Source: Octopus vulgaris (Eukaryota). From it: a stretch of DNA of 64,000 bases. The stretch lies in contig OX597832.1 of NCBI GenBank assembly GCA_951406725.2, positions 56,606,001 through 56,670,000 on the forward strand, in the 5' to 3' direction. The position numbers and the translations under genes are program-made. Below are positions 26,385 to 36,225 of this stretch, piece by piece (positions within the stretch are counted from its first letter, which is position 1; each line of letters begins with the position of its first letter). The notes beneath the pieces were generated by a model. The model was not told the origin of the DNA. It saw only the letters and a program-made list of their open reading frames with translations, and ran no database searches.

Positions 26385-27739
26385 ATGCACATGTATGTGA
26401 GCGTTTTTCTGCCTTAACATGGCTCAGCTGTTGTGCAGAAACTAATTGAATACAGATATTGGGTTTCAAAACCAAGTAAGCACTGACCCCAGGAAGGGTC
26501 ATGGGGCTACAGAACACTGCCTCAGGAAGTTTCTTTCAACCTATACCAGCAGGGAACAAACAGGAACAAAGAAATGATGATGATGATGGTGATGACAGTG
26601 GTGGTGACAAGGGTGGTGATGGTGATGATGTCGGTGGTGATGGTAGTAATGGTGATGAAGTGATGGTGGTGAAGATGATGGTGGTGATGGTGATGGTGAT
26701 GGTGGTGGTGGTGATGGTGCTGGTAGTGATGGTGGTGGTGATGGTGATGATGGTGGTGATAATGATGGTGGTGACAGTGATGATGATGGTGGTGGTGATG
26801 ATGATGATGATGGTGGTGATGGTGGTGGTGATGGGTGATGATGGTAGTGATGGTGGTAGTGATGGTGGTGGTGATGGTGATGAGGTGATGGTGATGGTGG
26901 TGGTGATGATGGTGATTATGATGGGGGTGGTGGTGATGACGGTAATTATGATGGTGGTGGTGGTGGTGATGATGATGATGGTGATAGTGATGACGATGGT
27001 GGCAGTGGTAATGATGATGATGGTGATGATGATGATGATGATGATGGTATGATGACATACATGTGTGTGTATTGTCAGGCAAAGGAAGTAAACACCAGTG
27101 GGAAAAAAGGAAAAAAAAACCCAATCCAAAATTGGCGCTTATAGAACAAAGACCCCTGTTGATATTGTTTCTGTAGTGAGTTGCAGAGATTTCCTTTTTA
27201 TTGCTGTTGCCATTGGAAATGCAAGTGAAACCATTGATTGGTCGATTGAATAATCATTACCAATGATGCTATTATTGATCACAAAATGTTGTATGAAGAA
27301 TAAACACAAAAACGATTTTATCATTTTGTTTGTAGTTAGAAATATTAAATGTAAGAATAATTTGATTTATTTCACACTATGGAGTATAACAATTGTAATT
27401 CTTAGATAAGAAATGGAATAATTAACTTCAGAGTTGCTTAAATAAGTATGACTGACTCTGGTGATGTGTCTGCTGATAAAAGTAATCTTGTAGTTAGAAA
27501 TATGAGACATATTGGAAACTTTCTTCTGAAAGTTTTGAATGTCTTAAAAGGTTTCCATTGGCAACTAGCAAAATAGTTGCTGGGTGGAATACGCAGTGTT
27601 ATATATTGTGTAGGAAGGGTAGCTCAGACATGAAACTGTGGGTTTCAGAGTACAATTCTTAGAATTCTGTGGAATGTGGGGTACCATAATCAAGTGTTCT
27701 ATGATGGGTAGTGTCACAGTAAGGTTATATGGAATGAAA

Positions 27740-28506
27740 GGTACCACAGATCAAAGGGTGCCACAATAGAGTGTTCTATGATGTGTAGTACCACAGCAGG
27801 GAATTAAAGGTACCACAGCAAGGCTGATACAGAATGAAGAGTACCAGAGCAAGGCTTATAAAGATTGAAGGATGCCACAATAGAGTGTTCTATGATGTGT
27901 AGTAACACAGCAGGGGTTATATGGAAAGGTACCACAGCAAGAGTTATATAGAATGAAGAGTACCACAGCAAGGCTTATAAAGATTGAAGGGTGCCACAAT
28001 AGAGTGTTCTATGATGTATAGTACCACAGCAGGGGTTATATGGAAAGGTACCACAGCAAGAGTTATATAGAATGAAGAGTACCACAGCAAGGCTTATAAA
28101 GATTGAAGGGTGCCACAATAGAGTGTTCTATGATGTGTAGTACCACAGCAGGGGTTATATGGAAAGGTACCACAGCAAGAGTTATATAGAATGAAGAGTA
28201 CCACAGCAAGGCTTATAAAGATTGAAGGGTGCCACAATAGAGTGTTCTATGATGTATAGTACCACAACAGGGGTTATATGGAAAGGTACCACAGCAAGGG
28301 TTATATAGAATGAAGGGTACCACAGCAAGCCTTATAAAGATTGAAGGGTGCCACAATAGAGTGTTCTATGATGTGTAGTACCACAGCAGGGAATGAAAGG
28401 TACCACAGCAAGGCTGATACAGAATGAAGGGTTTCAGAGCAAGGCTTATATAGAACGAGGGATACAAGCGCAAGGCTTATAAAGATTGAAGGGTACCACA
28501 ATAGAG
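27740..28506. repeat. Minisatellite with a 119-bp higher-order unit built from about 30-bp gt(a/g)ccaca monomers
   Basis: tgccacaatagagtgttctatgatgt recurs at 27992, 28111 and 28230 (119-bp period); about 6 units. Confidence 0.9.
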
Positions 28507-28892
28507 TTTGTGTGTGTATGTGTGTGTGTGTGTGTTACTGTCGCCTTGCTACGACATAGCATGATGAAGGGCTATCACCTTGCCTGGAAACTGAAGGGCA
28601 TCCAGCTGAAGAAATTCTGTCTCAACAAAATTCCTTCTGACCCATACAAGCACAGAAAACTGGATGTTAAACCAAATGGTGATGACATCATTTTCACTGA
28701 TGTTATATTTCCCTCTGGTCACTCATGTTGCTTTGACCAATGAAAACCCAGTAGTCTGTGAAACCTATTTATTTTTCCCCCCTTATCTACAAAGAAACGT
28801 GAAAAATCTCATCTGCCCTCTCTTCACTTGCCTCATTTATTTCACACCATGCAGGTCTGTCTCTCTGCTTCTGGCATTGTATTCTGGCAACC

Positions 28893-29280
28893 ACCATCAT
28901 CATCATCATTGTTCGACCGTGGTCGAGACAATGGAATTTACTATGTTACGCCAGACTTCACGGTCCATCATAGCATTACGGAGGTCCTGTTGCTGGATGC
29001 CTGTATCCCTGGAGATTACATCAGGGTATGAGAGTGTGCACCCTCTGGTGTTGCGAGTAGATGGCTTCCAGAGGAGAAGAGTAGAAATTACTTCTTTTTC
29101 AGCTCTACAACAATGTCCAGCAAACTGGACTCTCCTACCTTTCACAAGAGATGACACAGGTGGTAATTTCCCATATATTTGCATTTTGGTTGGATGGCGC
29201 CTCCACGAGAGATTTTGAGCTCTCATAAGGAGGCGAGTGTAGGTTCCATCCAACCGCCTCTCAAGCTTCTTTGATGCAAC
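28893..29280 (-). mobile_element. RTE-clade LINE 3' fragment (ORF C-terminus and (TGA)n tail)
   Basis: ORF 28906-29286: KLERRLDGTYTRLLMRAQNLSWRRHPT...RRVQFAGHCCR...MMDREVWR, a typical RTE C-terminus. Stop is followed directly by (TGA)n. Possible TSD gcaac(c/a)accat at 28887-28897 and 29276-29286. Confidence 0.88.
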
Positions 29281-29845
29281 AACCATGCATCAGGTGTTAG
29301 TTTGCTTGTATTTCATTCTCTCTTGATAGCAGTTAACTTCTACTTTGGTCAGATCTAACCAATCTAACCATTTATAGAATTTCCATCAATAAGTATATGT
29401 ACGCTTAACTGCCTTCCTTTTGTATGATGGCCGTTTATCTGTTTGCCCACAATCAAAATTATTCCACAGACATAAAAACATGAAAACGTCTACGTTTCAT
29501 TGTCTGCAACATTTTACAACATAAATTATCTTAAGTGACGTATTAATGTATGTTTTCAAAAAATTGCATTCATGTAAACATCGCTTTGATGTTGGGAATT
29601 AATATCTAGAATTGTCCATGTTTGAATTTTATATTTAATCTGTATTCTCAAACAACATGTTGTGGAAATTACCATTGCTCTATAATAAATGCTGCTCAGA
29701 TCTATTTTCTCTGTTGGTATTTAGAGAAATTAACCCATTTAAACCCAGTGTCTACCATTGTAGACCAAGCATATTATTTATCACAGAACAAATTATTGTC
29801 TACTGACAGACTTAAACTATGTGGCACACTTGCATATATATATAG

Positions 29846-30020
29846 TCGCCATGATAGATTGGTAGCCACTACACACATTTTTTTCTCTCCTTGTTTCTTT
29901 CTATGGAAGAGCGTAGGCTCAAAATGTTAAAGAATATTCAATTCCTGAGCATTATACTAATACATCTGTTTGTTTTCTACACCACCTATCTTCGTCTTTT
30001 GTTTTTTCGTGAATTCTTCC
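29846..30020 (+). mobile_element. Short dispersed element with a decayed hammerhead-like motif (29897-29932), flanked by (TA)n
   Basis: CUUU-CUAUGGA-A-GAGC[GUAG]GCUC-AAAAUGUU-AAAG. Stems I and II intact, core mutated. Same downstream ttcctgag..ctaatac block as 46560-46772. Confidence 0.55.
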
Positions 30021-30059
30021 TATATATATACACACACACACACACACATATATATATGT

Positions 30060-30392
30060 GAAGGCGCATGGCTCAGTGGTTAGAGTGTCGAGCTTATGAT
30101 CGTGAGGTTGTGAGTTCAAATCCCGGACCGGGCTGCATGTTGTGTTCTTGAGCAAGACACTTTATTTCACACTGCTCCAGTTCACTCAGCTGTAGAAATG
30201 AGTTGTGACATCACAGGTGCCAAGGTGTATTGGCCTTTGCCTTTCTCTTGGATAACAATGGTGGCATGGAGAGGGGAGACCGGTATGCATGGGCGACTGC
30301 AAGTCTTCCATAAACAGCCTTGCCTAGACTTGTGCATTGGAGGGTAACTTTCTAGGTGCAATCCCATGGTCAGTCATGACCAAAGGGACCTC
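30060..30392 (+). mobile_element. SINE family D (tRNA head), body type 1
   Basis: ggcgcatggctcagtggttagag (A box), gagttcaaatccc (B box), then ttcttgagcaagacactttatttcac..cactcagctg. Same as 50100-50436 and 57905-58262. Confidence 0.86.
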
Positions 30393-30394
30393 AG

Positions 30395-30429
<35 letters not shown>

Positions 30430-30718
30430 CATCATCATCATCATCATCGTTTAGCGTCCGTTTTCCATGCTAGCATGGGTTGGACGGTTCTACTGGGGTC
30501 TGTGAAGCCAGAAGGCTTCATCAGGCCCAGTCAAATCTGGCAGTGTTTCTACGGCTGGATGCCCTTCCTAACGCCAACCACTCCGTGAGTGTAGTGGGTG
30601 CTTTTTACGTGCCACCGCGCCACTTACGTGCCACCCGCACTTACGTGCCACCCACACTTACGTGCCACCCGCACTTACGTGCCACCCGCACTTACGTGCC
30701 ACCCGCACTTACGTGCCA
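30430..30718 (-). mobile_element. SINE-like family C with 17-bp internal tandem repeat (acgtgccacccgcactt) at 30607-30718
   Basis: Family C tail in reverse, about 6 repeat copies, abutting the CR1/L2 LINE. Confidence 0.82.
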
Positions 30719-30720
30719 AT

Positions 30721-31774
30721 ATGCTGTTCATAATGGCCCTCTCAGACATGCCCTCAGCCACGCAGAGAGCCACGATCACAAGTTATGCAGATGATACAAA
30801 AGTTTCACAGGCAATACAGAACCCTGAGGACACTAAACACCTGCAATGTGAGCTGGACAAAATATACAAGTGGGCTGAAAAGAATAGCATGCAGTTCAAT
30901 GCTGAAAAGTTTCAAGCTCTATACTATCAGCATGCAAAACTAAATGCAATACCCAATGAATACACTGGACCCGGAGGAATAGCAATCCCAGAGGCACAAT
31001 CAGTGCGTGACCTAGGTATTTACATGAGTGATGGCGCGACCTTTCGTGTACATGTTGCTAAATTGGCAATGAAATGTAGACGACTGGCCGGATGGATCCT
31101 CAGAACCTTTAGAACAAGAGAACAAGAAACCATGATGGTCCTCTGGAGGACACTTGACCTAAGCCACTTTGACTACTGCTCTCAGTTATGGTCACCATCC
31201 AGTGTCAAGTTGATCACAGAGCTCGAGGCGATCCTACGAAGAAGATAGCCTCTATGCAGAATGTAAGCTACTGGGAAAGACTCAAGAGATTAAAACTATA
31301 TTCCCTGGAGCGTAGGCGGGAAAGATATGCCATAATATACATCTGGAAGATCCTGGAGGGACGTGTCCTGAACTTTGGCATCGAGAGTTACGCAAATGCC
31401 AGAACTGGGCGCCACTGTGTGGTGCCTAGGACTCCAAACTTGCCATCAAGATGTAGGACAAGATTCTGTGATAGCCTGGGCTTCCGAGGCCCACAGCTCT
31501 TCAATATCCTCCCGAAGAACCTGAGAGATCTGCATGGGGTGGATGCAGATGTCTTTAAAATGAAGCTGGAGCTCTTCCTGTCAGGTGTCCCAGATGAACT
31601 AACTTCACGGCAGGAGGGGCAGATGAGGGCAGCTGCATCGAACTCTCTCATGCACCAAATGGCAGTTGCTAGAAAGCTTTCGTGAAGTGAAACCAAGTAG
31701 CAACACCAAATGGCGGTGCCCCAGCATGGCCACAGCTCATAAGCTGAAACTAGAATCAATCAATCAATCAATCA
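30721..31774 (+). mobile_element. 5'-truncated CR1/L2-group LINE (RT C-terminal half, 3' UTR and (AATC)n tail), frameshifted
   Basis: LFIMALSDMP...SYADDTKV...LQCELDKIYKWAEKNSMQFNAEKF...VRDLGI...DYCSQLWSP, then a frameshift near 31240 into SYWERLKRLKLYSLERRRERYAIIYIWKI...GPQLFNILP. Short 3' UTR with a stem-loop and (AATC)n tail. Confidence 0.92.
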
Positions 31775-31789
31775 TTAGGTCTTTTTTTA

Positions 31790-32630
31790 ATATTTGATAC
31801 TTATTTTTTATCTCTTTTGCTAAGTTACAGAGACGTAAACACACCAACATCGGTTGTCAAGCAGTGATGGGGGACAAACAGAGATACAAAGACATACACA
31901 AACACACACATATATATGTGTGTATGTGTGTCAACAGGCTTCTTTCAGTTTCCATCTACGAAATCCACTCACAAGGCTTTGGTTGGCCTAAAGCTATAGT
32001 AGAAGACATTTGCCCAAGGTGCCATGCAGTGGGATTGAACCGTGAACCATATGGTTGGGAATCAACACAGTTGTGCCTGTACCTACCAATATCTAAGTCC
32101 GATAAAAACAGACAAGTTATAATTGATAGATTCCTCTGGCCCTTAGGACGATAAGGGCTTAAGGAAAATCATACATAAGTGCAGGTATGTCTATGTGGTT
32201 AAGCAGTTTGCTTCCCAACCACATGGTCCTAGGTTCAATTTCAGTGTGTTGCGCCTTGGCAAGCAATTGTCTTCTATTATAGCCCAGGGTTGACTATAGT
32301 GTGAGAGTGAATTCGATAGATGGAAACTAAAAGAAGCCTATGTTGTGAGTGGGTGGATCTTTTACCTTTTAATTGCTTCAGTCATTGAACTGCGACCATG
32401 CTGGGGCAATCCCTTAAAACCTGGTACTTACTTATTTTATCAGTCTCTTTTGCCAAACTACTAAGTTATAGGGATGTAAACAAACCAATATAGGTTACCA
32501 CCAACCGAGTTCATTCACAAGGCCTTGATGAGGCTGGGTGATAGAAGACGACACATGTCTAAGGTGATGTGCAGTGGAATTGAAACCGAAATCCTGTGAT
32601 TGCAAAGTGAGCTTCTTAACTTCCCAACCA
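31790..32630. mobile_element. Cluster of degenerate SINE A copies: 31790-32070 (-), 32180-32345 (+), 32360-32630 (-)
   Basis: Family A head and tail motifs in alternating orientation. Confidence 0.7.
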
Positions 32631-32959
32631 TGGATGTCTGTATGTTAGTACATGTGTGTGTGTGTGTGTAAATTTGTGCTTGTTTCTATGAAAGTTGCAA
32701 CCTCTGAGCAATGATGTTCTTATCACTTCTGTCAACAAATCCTCTGCTCCCTTTGCATCTTCAAAGCTGTGTGGGATAAGAGATCCTTTACTTGAAAAGC
32801 AGGTAAAGGTTAGCAACAGGAGGTGCATCCAGTACCTCAATGATACTGCAAAGATATGTTTGTCCAACCCATGCTAGCATGGAAAAACGAATTTGAAATA
32901 AATGGATGGACCAAAATTTTTGTGGTTACATCTATGAAGCAAACTTGAAATTTAACATG

Positions 32960-32967
32960 TCTGTCTG

Positions 32968-33021
<54 letters not shown>

Positions 33022-34085
33022 CATTCATCCACCTACCTACCTACCTACCTACCTACCTACCTACCTACCTACCTACCTACCTACCTACCAACCTACCTAC
33101 CTACCTACCTACCTACCTACCTACCTACCTACCTACCTACCTACCTACCTACCTACCAACCTACCTACCCCCCTACCTACCTACTTACCTACCTACCAAC
33201 CTACCTACCTACCAACCTACCTACTTACCTACTTACCTACCTCTCTATCTATGTATGCACATGCAAATGCACATGTATACACACGCACACACATACATAT
33301 ACACACACATACATATACACCCACACACATATACACTCAGAGATTAGATAGACATATTAAAAAATACACAAAATCTATGTTACAAAATATTTTATATTCA
33401 TTCTTCTATGCTCGAGTAAATTTCAGAGTTTCAAAAACAACTCAGATGTTAGTATTGGCTTATTGAAGCATATAATAAAAGCTGGCCGTCTAGCTTAACG
33501 CAAATCAGTCAACCAAAAAGTGGAAGTAGTACTTATTTTCAACTAGATTAACTCGGAAGTTTATCATAGAACAGTGGGAGTTGTCACTGCATTGATACTG
33601 AGAGACGAGTCTTTAGATTTCGTTTGGTGGATTATCACCTGGATGGTTGGTGTCGCTGTTGCAATTATTGGTGTCGGTAGCATCAGCAATGGTGCCTTTG
33701 TCGTCATCGTTGTTGTCGCCATCATTTCATCGCCATCATCGTCCTTGTTGTCGCCGTTGTCGTTGTTGTTGTCGCCGTTGTTGTTGCCGTCGTTGTTGTT
33801 GTCGCCGTCATTTCATCGCCGTCGTTGTCGTTGTTGTTGTCGCAGTCGTTGTTGTTGTCGCAGTCGTTGTCGCCGTTGTTGTTGTCGCCGTCATTTCATC
33901 ACTGTCATCGTCGTTGTTGTCGTCGCCATTGTCGTTGTCGTCGCCGTCATTTCATTGCCGTCATTGTTGTTGTTACCACTGTCGTCATTACTGTCGCCAT
34001 CATTTCATCGCCGTCATCGTTGTTGTTGTTGCCATCGTCATTGCCATTGTTGCTGTCATCGTTACTGCCGTCATGAGCAGCATCA
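32960..34085. repeat. (TCTA)n/(CCTA)n at 32960-33250 and (GTC/GTT)n at 33700-34085
   Basis: Directly visible. Confidence 0.9.
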
Positions 34086-34845
34086 CTTCTGCTGTCATTG
34101 CCACCATCACAGCTTACTTTATACACACACACACATGTGCGTGCATGTGCGTTCTTGTTCCTTGTCTTGTGTGATAGCTGTAAATGAGTGTCACCACCAT
34201 ACCAGCGGTGTCATTTCACCATAATCATCATCATCATCATCATTTCATGACAACCATTTCACTTGGCTTGATGGGTCATCTTCACAAGCATAGCATATTG
34301 CCACAGGTTTTGTTTATTTGTCACTGCCTCTGTGAGACCCAATGCTTGAAAGGTGTTTTTTACATACCAGCAACACAGGTGCCAATTGCATGACACCAGT
34401 ATCTGCCATGACTACCATTTCACTTGGCCTGATGGGTCTTCTGCTCAAGCACAGCATATTGTCACAGCTCTCAGTCATTTGTCATTGCCTCCGTGAGGCC
34501 CAATGCTCAAATGGTGCTTTTTATGTGCCATTGACACAGGTACTGGTTACATGATGCTTGTATAATATTTCCAGCAATCATCTGTGAAAATATATCTGGT
34601 TAAGGGGTAATATTACCTTGCTTGGAATCATGTATGGGTTAGTTGCAGGAAGGGCATCCAGCTGTTGAAATTTATTTCAATGAATCTCATCTGACCCATG
34701 GTGATGACATGGAACTAAAACTGAGTAACAGTAAGGTAAACTATACTGAGTAACAGTAAGGTAATACAGTTCTATATTTAAGAGATGAGGAATTATGTAC
34801 ATTATTTACATTTGACAGATATTTGTCCTCATCTTGTTTGTTGTT

Positions 34846-34891
34846 AACACAATGTTTCGGCTGATATACCCTCCAGCCTTCTTCAGGTGTC
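34846..34891 (-). ncRNA. Minimal type I hammerhead ribozyme motif (PLE type), probably decayed
   Basis: GACAC-CUGAAGA-A-GGCUG[GAGGGUAUAU]CAGCC-GAAACAUU-GUGUU. Stem I GACAC/GUGUU and a perfect 5-bp stem II. ACAUU replaces the palindromic ACGUU, consistent with CpG decay. Confidence 0.75.
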
Positions 34892-34943
34892 TTGGGGAAA
34901 TTTCGAGGTATTTTTTGATGATGATGATGTCGCTGTTGTTGTT

Positions 34944-35009
34944 GCCTAGAATCGAACTTGGAATCTTGGGGTTAGTAGCCTGCGCTCTTAACCACTACGC
35001 CATATGCTC
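34944..35009 (-). promoter_or_regulatory. tRNA-derived Pol III promoter region (A and B boxes); not a functional tRNA
   Basis: Minus strand TGGCGTAGTGG (A box) ... GTTCGATTC (B box) with tRNA-like spacing. Acceptor stem not intact. Confidence 0.75.
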
Positions 35010-35602
35010 GTGGGCAATAATGGGGTGAATTTTAAGGCTTATAAATCTAATATTTTTCTATCCTTCCTTAATAACTGCTCCCATATGCTATTCATATCTG
35101 CACTCGGTCTGCTTAGGAAGTTGTTGTGTCCTAGCATATGTGCTGCTTCTTTTAGTTTTCGTATTTTCCAGTAGTGTTCTCTGTCTATTATTTTAACTTC
35201 ATCCCACAGGGGGAGGTGGTCTTCATTTTTCCATTCATGATCAGCTATACCCGATTTATCAATATCTCCTTGTGTCACAGCTTTGCGATGTTCCTCTACC
35301 CTTATCTGTTTTTTTGAGAAGGTGGCATGTTTCGCCTTTGTATAACCCACCACAGCTGCATGGGATGGAGTACACGCAATTTTTGGTCATATTCTCTTTT
35401 ATAGGTGGTTTTACTCAAAGGAGATATTTGCAAAGTGTTATATTACTCTTGAATACTGTCCTGATGTCATATGGGCCACATCTTTTGTATCTTTCCAGAG
35501 AGGCCTTTCACATAGGGTAGATAGACCCTGTGAGGTAATAGTTGATGGTGATTGAATGATTGGGTGTAGAAATAAGAGTGAGAAATAAGGGCAAGAACTT
35601 AC

Positions 35603-35701
35603 CTAAATGGTATGAATCAGACGTGTTGCCACAGGCTTGCTGGATTTCAAGACTGTCCCAGCCATGGGGGTAAATGGCTACCCCACCTCCAATCAACATT
35701 C
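35603..35701 (-). CDS. LHFPL6: LHFPL tetraspan family (LHFPL1/LHFPL6-like), penultimate coding exon, 99 bp
   Basis: Minus strand has acceptor tttcctttctgttttctctag and donor G|gtaagt, phase 1 at both ends. It translates (G)MLIGGGVAIYPHGWDSLEIQQACGNTSDSYHL(G), which matches the LHFP/LHFPL6 segment [34 protein letters not shown] as I recall it. Orthology within the LHFPL1/6 clade is not resolved. Confidence 0.93.
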
Positions 35702-35759
35702 CTAGAGAAAACAGAAAGGAAACTGAAGTTCAGTACATGGATTCGTTTATATGTCTAAT

Positions 35760-36225
35760 TAATGCAGAAGGCAGATAGGTGAAGACAAAAGACAAGTAGA
35801 TGAAGATTAATGGCAGATAGATGAAGACAAAAGATTGATTGATGAAGACAAAACTGACAGATAGATGAAGACATGGCAGATAGGTGAAGACAGAAGACAG
35901 ATAGATGAAGAGAAAAGACAGATGAAGAGAAAAGACAGATGAAGAGAAAAGACAGATGAAGAGAATAGACTGATAGATGAAGAGAAAAGACAAGTAGATG
36001 AAGATAAATGGCAGATAGATGAAGACAAAAGATTGATAGACGAAGACAAAACTGACAGAGAATTGAAGGTGAATGATAGATAGATGAATACATGGCAGAT
36101 AGGTGAAGACTAAAGACAGATAGATGAAAAGAATAGACGGACAGATAAAGAGGAAAGACAGAGAGATGAAGACAAGTGACAGACAGAAGAAGAAAAATGA
36201 CAGATAGATGAAGAGAGGAAACAAG
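35760..36225. repeat. Purine-rich degenerate tandem repeat (gatgaagacaaaagacagata-like)
   Basis: Units of about 17-21 bp; pyrimidine-rich on the gene strand, just upstream of the 99-bp exon. Confidence 0.85.

Larger units (their letters stand above)
24595..27050. repeat. Microsatellite blocks: (TA/CA)n 24595-25042, (TG)n 25926-26400, (GGT/GAT)n 26575-27050
   Basis: Directly visible. Confidence 0.9.
34770..35530 (-). mobile_element. Penelope-like element fragment: RT-EN linker and GIY-YIG endonuclease (frameshifted), then tRNA-like region and hammerhead-bearing 3' region
   Basis: Across frames: VYLPYVKGLSGKIQK..YDIRTVFKSNITL..NCVYSIPCSCGGLYKGET..IRVEEHRKAV..KSGIADHEW..WDEVKIIDREHYWKIRKLKEAAHM. 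This is the canonical PLE GIY-YIG pattern. Stop at 35039. Confidence 0.88.
15344..35602 (-). other. 20.3-kb GT-AG intron of the LHFPL gene
   Basis: Bounded by the gtaagt donor at 35602 and the cag acceptor at 15344; phases are compatible. Confidence 0.88.

Noticed and set aside
27740-28506. Regular repeats superficially like a CRISPR array (also 57270-57880 and 46806-47045)
   Set aside because: The intervening sequences are themselves repeated rather than unique spacers; no cas genes; eukaryotic context.
34944-35009. Functional tRNA gene
   Set aside because: A and B boxes are present but the acceptor and anticodon stems do not pair; treated as a tRNA-derived promoter. The same applies to all SINE heads.
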